A stretch of DNA of 64,000 nt from Dehalococcoidia bacterium (GCA_965247585.1 CBDFHC010000002.1:61633-125632); one strand, 5' to 3'. Positions 30,554 through 40,554 are shown, numbered from the stretch's first letter. Notes: a model not told the origin generated them from the letters alone. Translations and numbers: made by a program.

Positions 30554-31972
30554 CTAGCAGAACTGGTACTCCCGGGTGGCGGCGATTAGCTGGAGGGCCT
30601 CGGTGACCCTATCCGCGAAGGCGCGACGCTCGGACTCGGTTGCGCCACGCTTGATTTCCCCACCGGCCTCAACATGGCCGATGAGCTCCTGCCTGGTGTT
30701 GTCGTTGACCTGGACATAGCCAAGGAGGTCCAGGCAGCCGTCCACCAACTCGCCAGCGGACATGCTGCCCTGATGGCCCAACTGCTCGATGATGGACTGG
30801 ACGCCGGGCAACGTAGAGTCGCTCAGCTTGTTGGCGACGAAATTGACGCGGCGGATGAGGGAGCCGCTGTCAATCCACTCGCGGCCAGTGTGCCAACCCT
30901 CCACGCTGGGCGGGTTGATGAGCTCCTGGCCCTGGTACTCGCATTCCTGAGCGACGGCCATGAGGCCGGGCCGCTCGATTTCGAAGTCGCCCACCAGCCG
31001 AGTGGTACCGGCGACGACTTCGACGGGGTTCTTGACGCGGGCGAACCAGACCGATTCGTCCTTGAAGAAGTCGGAGTTGAAAAGGAAGCGGAGGGTATCT
31101 CTGATGTCAAAGCTGGAACTGACGAAATGGTCAGCGATGGCCTGAACGGCTTCCGGATTGCCCGGGGGCAGGTCGTTCCAGCTTGGAACCTGGACCTCGT
31201 CGGCGACGAAGAAGTTGTAGAGGTGCCGGGCAATGAAGCGATGGGTGGCAGGGTGCTGGACGATTATGTCAATGATGTCCTCGCCGTTGAGGTTTCCGGT
31301 ATGGCCCAGGAAGGTCTTCTCGCTGTTGTCATGGTCCTGGGGGCGGTACTCGAAGCCCCAGGGGAAGCGGGCGTAAGGGAAGCGTGGAAGACGGGGGATG
31401 AGGGTCCAGCCGGTAAAGGCGCGGGAGGCCATCTTGACGTCGTCCTCGGTGTAATTGCCCTGACCCATGGAGAAGAGCTCCAGAAGCTCGCGGCCCCAGT
31501 TCTCGTTGGGGGCGTCTTTGTGGCTCATATTGTTGTCCAGCCAAAAAATCATGGCGGGGTTCTTTGCCAGGGCGACGAGGAGGTCATGGTAGCTGCCCAT
31601 GCCTTTTTCGCGGAACATTCGGATCTGGTTGGTCATGTCAGTGGGGTTGTCCACCTTGGAGTTGCCGGTGGCGAAGATCATGTGCCAGAAGAGGGTCATC
31701 TTCTCTTCCAAGGGACGCTGGGTGTGGAGCATGTGGTACATGAAGTTGGAAGCGCCCTGCGCGGGGAGGGCGGGGTAGACGATCTCCGGGTAGTAGCGGC
31801 CCATCTGGATCTCGTCTACGGAAGGGACGCCGTTGGCGGCGGGGTCAATCAGTTCTTCCACGGTGGCCTCGTAACCCTTAGCTACCGCTCGTTCCAACTC
31901 TTCACGGGAAGCGCCGAAACCAGCGCGCCGCATCAGGTGGGCCATAAGTGCCATAGCCTTTTTGTCTGCCAT
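30554..31972 (-). CDS. DUF1800 family protein
   Basis: AHLMRRAGFG, EKMTLFWH, PNENWGRELLELFSMG, RAFTGW, PPSVEGW. Confidence 0.88.
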   Translation of the reverse strand: MADKKAMALMAHLMRRAGFGASREELERAVAKGYEATVEELIDPAANGVPSVDEIQMGRYYPEIVYPALPAQGASNFMYHMLHTQRPLEEKMTLFWHMIFATGNSKVDNPTDMTNQIRMFREKGMGSYHDLLVALAKNPAMIFWLDNNMSHKDAPNENWGRELLELFSMGQGNYTEDDVKMASRAFTGWTLIPRLPRFPYARFPWGFEYRPQDHDNSEKTFLGHTGNLNGEDIIDIIVQHPATHRFIARHLYNFFVADEVQVPSWNDLPPGNPEAVQAIADHFVSSSFDIRDTLRFLFNSDFFKDESVWFARVKNPVEVVAGTTRLVGDFEIERPGLMAVAQECEYQGQELINPPSVEGWHTGREWIDSGSLIRRVNFVANKLSDSTLPGVQSIIEQLGHQGSMSAGELVDGCLDLLGYVQVNDNTRQELIGHVEAGGEIKRGATESERRAFADRVTEALQLIAATREYQFC

Positions 31973-32123
31973 GCTAACTCTCCTGCTTAGTAGTGGTGTC
32001 AGGCGCCTGGAAGGATCGAATGGAATGCATGTTGTCCCCTGGCGGCTTATTTAGAGGCGCCGGTGCCCGAGGTAGGGGTAACGCCGACATGCCGTCCAGG
32101 GGAGAGGTTCTTGTTACGACTCT

Positions 32124-32152
32124 AATATAGGTTGATGGCCCGAACCAGTCAA
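32124..32152 (-). promoter_or_regulatory. sigma70-type promoter of DUF1800-NHL operon
   Basis: minus strand TTGACT, 17 bp, TATATT. Confidence 0.55.
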
Positions 32153-32198
32153 GAAAAAGGAGGTCCCGGAGACCTAATGGATCGCAGTGTGAGCAGGG

Positions 32199-33428
32199 CT
32201 ACATGTCCAGAATCAGGGTAGACCAGCCGAAGTCTCTGGCGCCCAGCCCCTCGGCGGTGTAAGGCTGGTAGTACTCTCTGAAGCCGGACAACTGGATGGC
32301 CTGGAGGCTTTTGGAGACGATGGTGTCCGCCAGTTCAGGGTAGCCGTGACGCCGGAGGGCGTGGCTGAGGAACCAGTTGGTGTTTATCCAGGTGGGGCCG
32401 CGCCAGATGAAGCCCCCAGGGTTGCCGGGCATGAACTTGCGATTGGAGGCGGGGACGGAGGGGAGGGGATAGGGAAGCCAGAAGTGGCCGGGGGCGGTGA
32501 CCCAATCGTTCACCAGGCGCTCCACCACGGGGCGGGGCAGGTCATCCAGAATCAGGGGCATAAGGGAGCTTATGGTGACCATCTTGACGGGGGATTTTGC
32601 CACGCCCTGGAGGTCAAAGAAGGCGCCGGCCTCCTCGTCCCAGCACTTGGAGAGGAGGGCTTGCAGGGTCCTGTCCGCCTCACGGTGGAACTCCGCGGCC
32701 TCGGGCCGGCCTTCCAGGAGCCTGGCCAGGGAGCGCAGGGAAAAGGCGTAGACCGAGTTCACCAGAACATCGTCAAAGTGGAAGATGTCCGCGGCCAGGA
32801 TACGGCGGTCGTCGCCGCGCAAGGGCTCGTAGGCCTGGTACACCTTTCGAAGGGCAGTGATAAAGCCATGGTTGGATAGCTCCTCCAGACCGAGGGCGTC
32901 ATCGAATTTGGGGGAGCAGTCAGTTCCGGCCTCCTCAGGTTGGATGATTGAGATGAGACCGTCGTCGTCGGGGTCCCGGTTGCTTCGGAGCCAGCGGTAG
33001 AATTTTATGAGCAGAGGCAGCGCTTCGTCACGAAAGGACTGGTCACCGGTGGCCTGGAATACGCGCTCCACGGCGTAGGCGATGATGGGTGGCTGGATGG
33101 TGGCGCTAAAGTTGGGAGAGGTGCGGCCGACGAGGTTGTGGCTCAGGAACTCGGGCTGTTTTTCCATTTCCCAGAAGATCATGTGGGGAATGAAGCCGTC
33201 AGGCTGGGCGGCGCTCATCAGGGAGGTAAGCTCCGCTTTGGCCTGGTCCTGGTCCAGGTGGAGGAGGGCGATGGCATGGAAGCAGGAGTCCCAGAACCAC
33301 TGGAACGGGTAACCCACCAAGGAGGGACAGATGAAGCTGTAAGGCTTGCCGTTCCAATCGGCGACGCCCTGGCGAAGATTGGATAATAGGATTTTCCTGG
33401 CGGCGGTTTCCAGCTCTGAACGTTCCAT
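32199..33428 (-). CDS. MGH1-like (GH63) glycoside hydrolase
   Basis: YPFQWFWDSCF, QPP, WRGPTWIN.NW, GFREYY, FGWS. Confidence 0.85.
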   Translation of the reverse strand: MERSELETAARKILLSNLRQGVADWNGKPYSFICPSLVGYPFQWFWDSCFHAIALLHLDQDQAKAELTSLMSAAQPDGFIPHMIFWEMEKQPEFLSHNLVGRTSPNFSATIQPPIIAYAVERVFQATGDQSFRDEALPLLIKFYRWLRSNRDPDDDGLISIIQPEEAGTDCSPKFDDALGLEELSNHGFITALRKVYQAYEPLRGDDRRILAADIFHFDDVLVNSVYAFSLRSLARLLEGRPEAAEFHREADRTLQALLSKCWDEEAGAFFDLQGVAKSPVKMVTISSLMPLILDDLPRPVVERLVNDWVTAPGHFWLPYPLPSVPASNRKFMPGNPGGFIWRGPTWINTNWFLSHALRRHGYPELADTIVSKSLQAIQLSGFREYYQPYTAEGLGARDFGWSTLILDM

Positions 33429-33438
33429 AGGCGTAGAC

Positions 33439-34692
33439 TCAGTGGACCTCCTGATAGATTTCCAGGTATTTTTGGGCGACGCGGTCCCATGTAAAGTGCT
33501 CGGCGACGAACTGGCGAGCCTCATGGCCGAGCCGCCGACGGTAGGCGTCATCGTTCACCAAATGCACCAGCTCCTCGGTGGCGGCGGGGGCGTCAAAGAT
33601 GGGCACCACGACGGCGCCGCGCTGAAGAAGCTCGCGGTTGGCGCCGACGTCATGGGTCAGCACCGGGACGCCGTAGGCCATGGCCTCAAAGTAGACGAGC
33701 CCAAAGGCCTCGTACCGTGAGAAGAGTGTGAGGAGGTGGGCGCTATTGTACCAGCGGCGCAGCTCTTGGTCCGAGACCTCTCCGGCGAGGACTACGTCGG
33801 AACTAAACTGCTGGGCCGCGAGCCAAGCCCGGATTTCCGCCTCGCCGCCTTCGTCCCGGCCTATTAGGACGAGCCGGACGGGGCGGTTAAAGCGGCCGCG
33901 GGCGGCGGAGTAGACGTCCAAGAGCCACCGCTGCCCTTTGTGCAGGCCCAGGCGGCCGACGCATAGGATGGTGAAAACGGAGTCGGATGGTGGGCCGCCG
34001 GTCGATTCGGGCGAGGCGGCGCCCCAACCCACCACGGCGAGCTTGTTGGGGCGGACCCAGTAGGCGCGGCGAACCTCCTCGGACTCCTTGCGGCTGAGGG
34101 CGACGACGCGGTCCACGGTGCGACTGATGATCCCGTTGATGGGCCGCAACCACTGGCGAGTCAAGGGCAGGCTGTGGAATGAAGGGGTGAAGACGAACAG
34201 GGCCTTGCGCCGGTACCAGAACCAGGTCCAGAAGTGGGCCCAGAACCAACCGTCGCCGACGAAGTGGACGACGTTGGGGTTGAACTCTTCGAGGAAGCGG
34301 CGGATGCGGAAGGGTGAGAACCAGACCAGAGGCACGGAGAAGTAAGGGGGGGAGCGGCGCGGGAAACCGTCCAGCCGGAAGACGTCTACCTCGCCGGGCA
34401 GGGTTTCGCGGTCCGCCCAATGGGGCTGGGGGACGCGGGGGAAGGAGTATTTAGAGGTGAGGACGCCGATGCGCTGGATAAGGGGCGAATGGGCCAGGTG
34501 GGTGGAGAGCTCTTCGATGGCGCGCTCGATGCCGCCAAGGTAGGGGCGGTAGTAGGGTGTGAGGAAAAGGACTCGAAAGGGGGCGTTGGCGCTGGGTTTT
34601 CCGTCAGCGGAGGTCTGGTGGCTCAAGCCAACGGAGCCCAAGGGAGCGGCCTCGGGTGAATCCGGCGGTGGGTTGGGTGCTGTAGAGTCCAT
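33439..34692 (-). CDS. GT4 glycosyltransferase
   Basis: GGIER, VGRL..HKG, YEAFGLVYFEAMAYG; start uncertain. Confidence 0.85.
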   Translation of the reverse strand: MDSTAPNPPPDSPEAAPLGSVGLSHQTSADGKPSANAPFRVLFLTPYYRPYLGGIERAIEELSTHLAHSPLIQRIGVLTSKYSFPRVPQPHWADRETLPGEVDVFRLDGFPRRSPPYFSVPLVWFSPFRIRRFLEEFNPNVVHFVGDGWFWAHFWTWFWYRRKALFVFTPSFHSLPLTRQWLRPINGIISRTVDRVVALSRKESEEVRRAYWVRPNKLAVVGWGAASPESTGGPPSDSVFTILCVGRLGLHKGQRWLLDVYSAARGRFNRPVRLVLIGRDEGGEAEIRAWLAAQQFSSDVVLAGEVSDQELRRWYNSAHLLTLFSRYEAFGLVYFEAMAYGVPVLTHDVGANRELLQRGAVVVPIFDAPAATEELVHLVNDDAYRRRLGHEARQFVAEHFTWDRVAQKYLEIYQEVH

Positions 34693-34853
34693 GTTGCCGC
34701 AGGGGTGAATGACCAGGGTTGGATGGAAACGGGGGAGCAGGGATAGCTTGGTGGGAATGCTGGGGCCATGGTACACCCGGGGATGGTGGCTGCCAATGGC
34801 GGGCATTGGTCCGTGGTCAGGCTGGACGGACGGCTGGAGGGTATAATTTCCGC

Positions 34854-36758
34854 ATGTTGGACCTGCTGAAACGACACTTTGGCTTCGATGGTTTCCGTCC
34901 TAACCAGGAGGAGATAATCGCAAGCGTGGTCCAGGGTAGAGACGCCCTGGTGGTGATGCCAACGGGGAGCGGCAAGTCGCTGTGCTATCAGCTTCCGGCG
35001 TTGCAGTTCGACGGAATTACGCTGGTGGTGTCGCCCCTGATAGCGTTGATGAAGGACCAAGTCGATTCGCTGGTGGGCAGGGGAATAGCCGCGGACCTGA
35101 TTGACAGCAGCCTGTCACGCTCCCAGGTTTTGGAGGTACAGACGCGGGCAATAAAGGGTGGTTCGAAGATACTGTATGTTGCGCCGGAACGGCTGGCGAC
35201 GTCCGGGTTTCGCCGGTTCTTGCAGCAGCTTCGCATAAGCCTGATAGCGATAGATGAGGCGCACTGCATATCCGAGTGGGGACACGACTTCCGGCCCGAT
35301 TATAGAAACTTGAGATCATTGCGGGAAGACTTTCGCGGGGTCCCGATGATCGCGCTGACGGCCACAGCGACGGAAGATGTCAGGAAGGACATCATCGCGC
35401 AGCTGGAGATGCACGACGGGGGTGTATTCGTTTCGAGCTTCGACCGGCCCAACCTTCGATATCTGGTGGAACCCAAGAGGCAGCCATTCGAACGGTTGAT
35501 GGGCTGGCTGAAGCGGCACTGGGACAAGCCGGCGATTGTGTACCGGTTTTCCAGGAAGGACACCGAATCTTTGGCGGAACGGCTAAGGGACCATGGGGTA
35601 AAGGCGCTGCCATACCACGCGGGCCTGGACAGCGACGTGAGGAAGGAGACCCAGGAGAGGTTTCTTCAAGGCGAGGTCCCGGTGATAGTGGCAACAATCG
35701 CCTTTGGGATGGGCATAGACAAGGCCGACATCCGGCTGGTTGTCCACTACGAGATGCCGAAGTCGATTGAGGGCTACTACCAGGAAACGGGCCGGGCAGG
35801 GCGCGACGGCGAACCCAGCGATTGTGTGTTCTTGCACGGGTATCATGACCGGCTAAAGCACAGATTCTTTGTTGAAAAGATAGAAGATGCCGCGCAGCGG
35901 GCCATGGCGGAGCAGAAGCTGGGACAGGTGGCCAAATACGGCGACCTGCTAACCTGCCGCCGAAGATACCTGCTGTCATATTTCGGGGAGGAGGCGGCGG
36001 GAGAAAGCTGCGGCAACTGCGACGTTTGCCAGGCGCCAAAGGAGGCGTTTGACGCCACTGTAAAGGCGCAAATGGTGCTGTCCGCGGTGGTCCGAACCGG
36101 AGAGCGGTTTGGAGCGGACTACGTAATCAGCGTGTTGCGGGGGTCAAAAAGTAAACGACTTGCTACTCTTGGACACGATCAGCTCTCGGTCTACGGCATC
36201 GCCAGAGAAGAAGCTGCAGATGAGCTGCGGCAATTGGTGCAGGTCCTTCTAGATAAGGAGTTACTTCAGGTAGAAGGGGAGAGATACCCGACGCTGGCGG
36301 TTACCTCAAAAGGCCGAAGCTTCTTGAAAAACCGGGAGATGCTTGTGCTTGAGAGGCGGCTGGGACGAGACGGGAGTGCGCCTGCGGGTAATGCTGGAGA
36401 CGGGCGTTCTCAACGAGGGAGAAGATTCACGAGCAAGAGGCCGGTTAGCGGGGAGACTTATCTAGAAACAAAAAGGTTACTGGGGCAAAAGCTATCCGTT
36501 GAGGAGGTGGCCCAACGCCACCAGCTTTCATCCAACACGATAATAACGCACCTGGAGCGGTTGATAGCTTCGGGAGAGGCAGTGGATATCAGTCACCTGC
36601 TGCCGGTTACAGACCGAATTGAGGAGATTAAACAAGCTTTCGAGAAGGTGGGGACCGACCGGTTGGCGCCGGTCCTCGAAGCCCTCGGGGGAGAATATTC
36701 GTACGCGGAGCTGAGGCTGGTTAGGCTTAAGCTTCGACAAGATGGCACGTTAACGTAA
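34854..36758 (+). CDS. recQ: RecQ family DNA helicase with C-terminal HTH
   Basis: MPTGSGKS, DEAHCISEWGHDFR, ATIAFGMG, QETGRAGRDG, CRR..CGNCD, RQC; no recognisable HRDC. Confidence 0.92.
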   Translation: MLDLLKRHFGFDGFRPNQEEIIASVVQGRDALVVMPTGSGKSLCYQLPALQFDGITLVVSPLIALMKDQVDSLVGRGIAADLIDSSLSRSQVLEVQTRAIKGGSKILYVAPERLATSGFRRFLQQLRISLIAIDEAHCISEWGHDFRPDYRNLRSLREDFRGVPMIALTATATEDVRKDIIAQLEMHDGGVFVSSFDRPNLRYLVEPKRQPFERLMGWLKRHWDKPAIVYRFSRKDTESLAERLRDHGVKALPYHAGLDSDVRKETQERFLQGEVPVIVATIAFGMGIDKADIRLVVHYEMPKSIEGYYQETGRAGRDGEPSDCVFLHGYHDRLKHRFFVEKIEDAAQRAMAEQKLGQVAKYGDLLTCRRRYLLSYFGEEAAGESCGNCDVCQAPKEAFDATVKAQMVLSAVVRTGERFGADYVISVLRGSKSKRLATLGHDQLSVYGIAREEAADELRQLVQVLLDKELLQVEGERYPTLAVTSKGRSFLKNREMLVLERRLGRDGSAPAGNAGDGRSQRGRRFTSKRPVSGETYLETKRLLGQKLSVEEVAQRHQLSSNTIITHLERLIASGEAVDISHLLPVTDRIEEIKQAFEKVGTDRLAPVLEALGGEYSYAELRLVRLKLRQDGTLT

Positions 36759-36768
36759 GGAGATGAGA

Positions 36769-37455
36769 ATGCCCGGAGAGATTGTACTGGTAGGTGGAGA
36801 GGAGTTCCGACAGGGATGCGAGGAGATGGACCGGGAGGTTATGAAAGCGTCCGGCCAGGCGCCAGCGCGGGTGGTGGTAATACCAACGGCCGCGGTGACG
36901 GGGCCGGCGAAGGCGGCTAACGACGGGGTGAGGCACTTCGAGGCGCTGGGTGGGGAGAGCAGGCCACTGATGGTGTTGGACCGGAGTCATGCGGACGATG
37001 AGGTGATGGCGCAACAGCTAGAGGATGTGGGGGTGATTTACTTCACCGGAGGCAGCCCGGACCATCTGCTGGAGACGCTGAAGGGTTCCCGGTTTATGGA
37101 GGCGATCAACCGGGCGTTGGCGGGAGGTGCGGTGGTAGCGGGTTCCAGCGCGGGGGCGATGGCGATGGGGTCCTGGATGCGCAGGCCGTCCAACGGTGAG
37201 TGGGTCCAAGGGTTGGGCGTAGCGCCGGGGGTGGCGGTGCTGCCACACCACGAGAACAGCGATCCGGAAGAGACGTCACGGCGGTTGTCTCAAGAGGCAC
37301 CGGCAGGGGTGACGGTGCTGGGGATTGACGCCAGGTCAGGCTGCCTGGGGGGAGGCGGTAGTTGGAGGGTGGTAGGGTCCGGCAACGTGACGGTGTACCA
37401 GGGAGAAGGCTGGACGGTCTACAAACCCGGCGAGGGCTTCAGCACCGGAGGGTAG
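36769..37455 (+). CDS. peptidase S51/cyanophycinase-like protein
   Basis: LVGGEE, IPTA, FTGG, GSSAGAM, LPH, GID; AAGGAG RBS. Confidence 0.8.
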   Translation: MPGEIVLVGGEEFRQGCEEMDREVMKASGQAPARVVVIPTAAVTGPAKAANDGVRHFEALGGESRPLMVLDRSHADDEVMAQQLEDVGVIYFTGGSPDHLLETLKGSRFMEAINRALAGGAVVAGSSAGAMAMGSWMRRPSNGEWVQGLGVAPGVAVLPHHENSDPEETSRRLSQEAPAGVTVLGIDARSGCLGGGGSWRVVGSGNVTVYQGEGWTVYKPGEGFSTGG

Positions 37456-37509
37456 GTTATGGCGAAGGGTGTGGATGCGCCAAGGGATTCGTGGCGCAAC
37501 GTTCCGGTG

Positions 37510-38925
37510 CTATAGAGGAGGCCGCTGGGTGTGCCAGTCCGTGGCCTGCTGGTAGGCGTGGCCGGCGCGGAGCACGGTGGCGTCTTCCATGGGCCGCCCC
37601 ACCAACTGGAAAGCAATGGGCAGGCCGCTCTGGGTGAAGCCGCAGGGGGTGGAGAGGGCGGGGGCGCCGATGAGGCTGGCGGGAAAGTTGAAGCTGCGCC
37701 GGCCGAACAGATCGGCCTTGAACTGCTCACGGCTGCCGAATCCCGGAGTGTCTATGAGCGGCGGCGCCGGGGTTGGGTGGGCGGGGTAGGCGAGCAGGTC
37801 CACATCCCGCATGATACCTAATGCCTCGGCGCGGTAGAGCTGGCGCAGCTTCTGGACCTTGTAGTAGGTCTGGGCGGGGAGAACAGCGGCGGCCAGGAGG
37901 TTTATCCGCTGGTTGTAGTCGAACTCTTCGATACGGTCCCGGATGTAGCGGTGGTTCATGGCGGCGGACTCCACCAGGCTGATGGGCATGGCGATGGCGC
38001 CGGCCTGCCGTACGCTAGGGAACGAGACTTCCCGCACCGAAGCTCCCAGGTCAGAGAGCTCGTCTATGGCGGCGTCAAAGGCAGAGCGTATCTCCGGGTC
38101 CACCAGGTCCCAGCAGGCCATCTCTGTGACCACACCGATCTTTAGGCCTTGTATTCCGCGGTCCAGCTCCGCCGGGTAGTCCGGTACCGGCGATCCGCTG
38201 GTGTACTGGTCTTTAGCGTCGGAGCCGGCCATGGCGTGAAGGGTCAGGGCGCAGTCTTCGACGGAGCGGGCCAGGGGGCCGATGGTGTCCATGGACCAGG
38301 TGGCGCCCATGAGACCGTGGCGGCTGACTCTGCCCCAACTGGGGCGAAGGCCGGCGACGCCGCAGTAGGTGGCGGGCCATCGAACGGAGCCGGCGCTGTC
38401 TTCGCCCAGGGCGACCGCGCAGAGGCCCGCGGCGGGGGCGGAGCCGGACCCGGCGCTGGAGCCTCCGGGCGTTCGAGTCAGGTCCCAAGGGTTGGCCGGG
38501 GTGCCGTAGGGGTAGTGGTAGGTGTAGGCCATGGCGAACTCGGTCATGTTGAGCTTGCCAAGGAGGATGGCGCCGGAGCGTTTCAGGTTGGCGACGACGG
38601 TGGCGTCCTGGTCCGGCACGAAGTCTTTGAGGACGGTAGAGCCGTTGGTGGTGGGGATGCCCTTGGTCCATATCTGGTCTTTGACCGCCACGGGTACGCC
38701 GTGCATGGGGCCAAGATAGTTGCCGGAGGTGATGGCCTGCTCGGCGTCTCGGGCGGCGGCGATGGCCTGGTCGGCAGAGACGGTAATGTAGGCGTGGAGC
38801 TTGCCATCGAGCTGCTGGATGCGGGAGAGGTAGGCTTCCGTGGCCTCGACGGGCGACACCTGTCCGGAAGCGATAAGGCGGCCCAGTTCCGCGGCGGAGA
38901 GGAAGGACAAATCCTGGTTATTCAA
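37510..38925 (-). CDS. amidase signature family protein
   Basis: AVKD, GKLNMTEFA, GGSSAGS, DSAGSVR. Confidence 0.9.
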   Translation of the reverse strand: MNNQDLSFLSAAELGRLIASGQVSPVEATEAYLSRIQQLDGKLHAYITVSADQAIAAARDAEQAITSGNYLGPMHGVPVAVKDQIWTKGIPTTNGSTVLKDFVPDQDATVVANLKRSGAILLGKLNMTEFAMAYTYHYPYGTPANPWDLTRTPGGSSAGSGSAPAAGLCAVALGEDSAGSVRWPATYCGVAGLRPSWGRVSRHGLMGATWSMDTIGPLARSVEDCALTLHAMAGSDAKDQYTSGSPVPDYPAELDRGIQGLKIGVVTEMACWDLVDPEIRSAFDAAIDELSDLGASVREVSFPSVRQAGAIAMPISLVESAAMNHRYIRDRIEEFDYNQRINLLAAAVLPAQTYYKVQKLRQLYRAEALGIMRDVDLLAYPAHPTPAPPLIDTPGFGSREQFKADLFGRRSFNFPASLIGAPALSTPCGFTQSGLPIAFQLVGRPMEDATVLRAGHAYQQATDWHTQRPPL

Positions 38926-38926
38926 G

Positions 38927-39115
38927 TTAGCCTTTCAGCACCGAAGGGTCTATGGGCAGCGGCTCGACATTGTCCAGCCCAGTAGGGTCCAGCTCATCAA
39001 CGGAGTCAATGAGGGCGTTGACGATCTCGGCGACCTCAGGCAGATAACGGTCTGGGATATTCAGGCCGTTGACCCGGCCCAGGGCCTGGATGTCTTGTTT
39101 GGACAAGTCCGGCAT
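38927..39115 (-). CDS. small GatC/AtzG-like amidase partner protein
   Basis: MPDLSKQDIQALGR..VEPLP, paralog of 2582-2767, abuts the amidase. Confidence 0.7.
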   Translation of the reverse strand: MPDLSKQDIQALGRVNGLNIPDRYLPEVAEIVNALIDSVDELDPTGLDNVEPLPIDPSVLKG

Positions 39116-39151
39116 GTCTATCCACTCTCCCCATTTTTCTCGGTCATTGTA

Positions 39152-39386
39152 TTAGCAGGATGCTAAAAAACCCTTTCGAGCATCCCCTGACCCCTTTCCT
39201 TGATAGGAAGAGGGAAGAATTTACATCTGGGGGACTGACTCCGCCGCTACTGAGAGTGGGCACTACGGTTGGACTTTCTTTCCCAACCCCACCCAGATTC
39301 TTCGATCCTCACGGAATGCACAGCCTCTCAGGCTCCCGCTAAAGGGGCTTTGCCCCTCTACACTCCCCTTTCCCATTATGGTGCTA
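39152..39386 (+). mobile_element. degenerate MITE-like element carrying repeat modules
   Basis: left end TAGCAGGATGCTAAAAAACCC, hairpin CCCCTTTCCTTGATAGGAAGAGGG shared with 50560-50585, modules B and C. Confidence 0.5.
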
Positions 39387-40217
39387 AGCGCCGGGTAGGC
39401 GGAGGCCGTGGGTCCCGCGGTAGCCGGCGGTCTCCGGCGGCGACCAGCCGGCCAGGAGTTCCGGGGCAGGCTGGTAGACCTCTATACCCAATGGGCGGCA
39501 GGTGGTTGAGGGATCACCGGCGTTTGGCCCCCAGGGCGGGATGGAGAGGTCGCCCTGGGGGCAGGTGGAGATTGCGCACAGGAGGTCAATCTCGGCGAAG
39601 AACTCCAGGAAGTCGCCCTGTTTGGCCGGGCTGGGCTTGACGAAGTAGCGGCCTTCCGGGGAGATACCAGTGACCATGAAAACGTTCAGGACATCGTGAA
39701 CGTCCGACTCGTCCAGGTGGAAGGGGGCGACGGCGCGGACCAGGTTAGAGTGGCAGGTGTGGTCGTCGGGCTGGCCACCCAGGACGGTGTTGATGTATGG
39801 GTCGCAACGGGTGCCCAGGATATCGTGGCAGCCAGCGCCGTCGGCATCTCTGCCGTAGGCTATGGTGTCGTTGGTGATGGTCATCATGGGACGAAGGTAA
39901 GGGAGACAGGACCATAGGCGGTCGAAGGTGGAGATGTGGGAGCGGTGAAGCTGCTTGGAACGGGCGGACCAGAAGCGTTCCCTGGGATTGTTCAGGTTCC
40001 AGACGTTGAAGTCGCCCACCTGGGCTTCTTCAACGGTCACGATGCGGCAAAGCTGACCGGCTTTGACAGGCCAGGCCAGGCCATCGCGGGGAGGGACGCG
40101 GAACTGTTCGACCAGCTTTCGGCCGCCGGTCTGCGAAGCCAACCGGCCGTAGAATTGTCGGTCTACGTCTAAGGGGGTGCCTGGGTTGGCCTGATAGACC
40201 AGGCGAGGCTGTGGCAT
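39384..40217 (-). CDS. urea carboxylase-associated family protein (DUF1989)
   Basis: QVGDFN, LWSCLPYLRPM, HDILGTRCDPY, TCHSNL, HDVLNVF, AISTCPQGD. Confidence 0.85.
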   Translation of the reverse strand: MPQPRLVYQANPGTPLDVDRQFYGRLASQTGGRKLVEQFRVPPRDGLAWPVKAGQLCRIVTVEEAQVGDFNVWNLNNPRERFWSARSKQLHRSHISTFDRLWSCLPYLRPMMTITNDTIAYGRDADGAGCHDILGTRCDPYINTVLGGQPDDHTCHSNLVRAVAPFHLDESDVHDVLNVFMVTGISPEGRYFVKPSPAKQGDFLEFFAEIDLLCAISTCPQGDLSIPPWGPNAGDPSTTCRPLGIEVYQPAPELLAGWSPPETAGYRGTHGLRLPGA

Positions 40218-40359
40218 GGGGCACCTCGGAGATAGGGAGTGGTTGGCGGACGGCACGGGACGGTCCGGCTGGACCCAATAATTGCAGACGGCCTGGTGCG
40301 GGTCAAGGAGCGAAGGAAGGACGGTAAAAATAGATATTATGTAAAATGGCATCCCGTGG

Positions 40360-40545
40360 CAGGGTGGTGAAAGACCCTTTCGATCATCCGACTGACCTCT
40401 TTTCTCCATGCCAAGAAGGGGGAAGAAAAATCGATATCTGAGTGTGTCCCTCAGACTCCCGGGTCACGATTGGAATCGAGGTCTCGGAATCAGGTCCCTC
40501 GACCCGAGGGGCTTGGCCCTTCTGCACACCCCTTTCCGTCAGCTT
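40360..40545 (+). mobile_element. MITE-like element, degenerate copy of 50526-50712
   Basis: about 170 bp colinear with the 50.5 kb copy, including TTGGAATCG.GGTCTCGG.ATCAGG.CCCTCGACCCG. Confidence 0.6.
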
Positions 40546-40554
40546 GCCTGGCGT

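Noticed and set aside
30674-31990. Long antisense ORFs (also 24204-25367, 51320-52315, 11337-12275, 6299-7249)
   Set aside because: Shadows of well-supported opposite-strand or overlapping genes in GC-rich DNA, with no motifs
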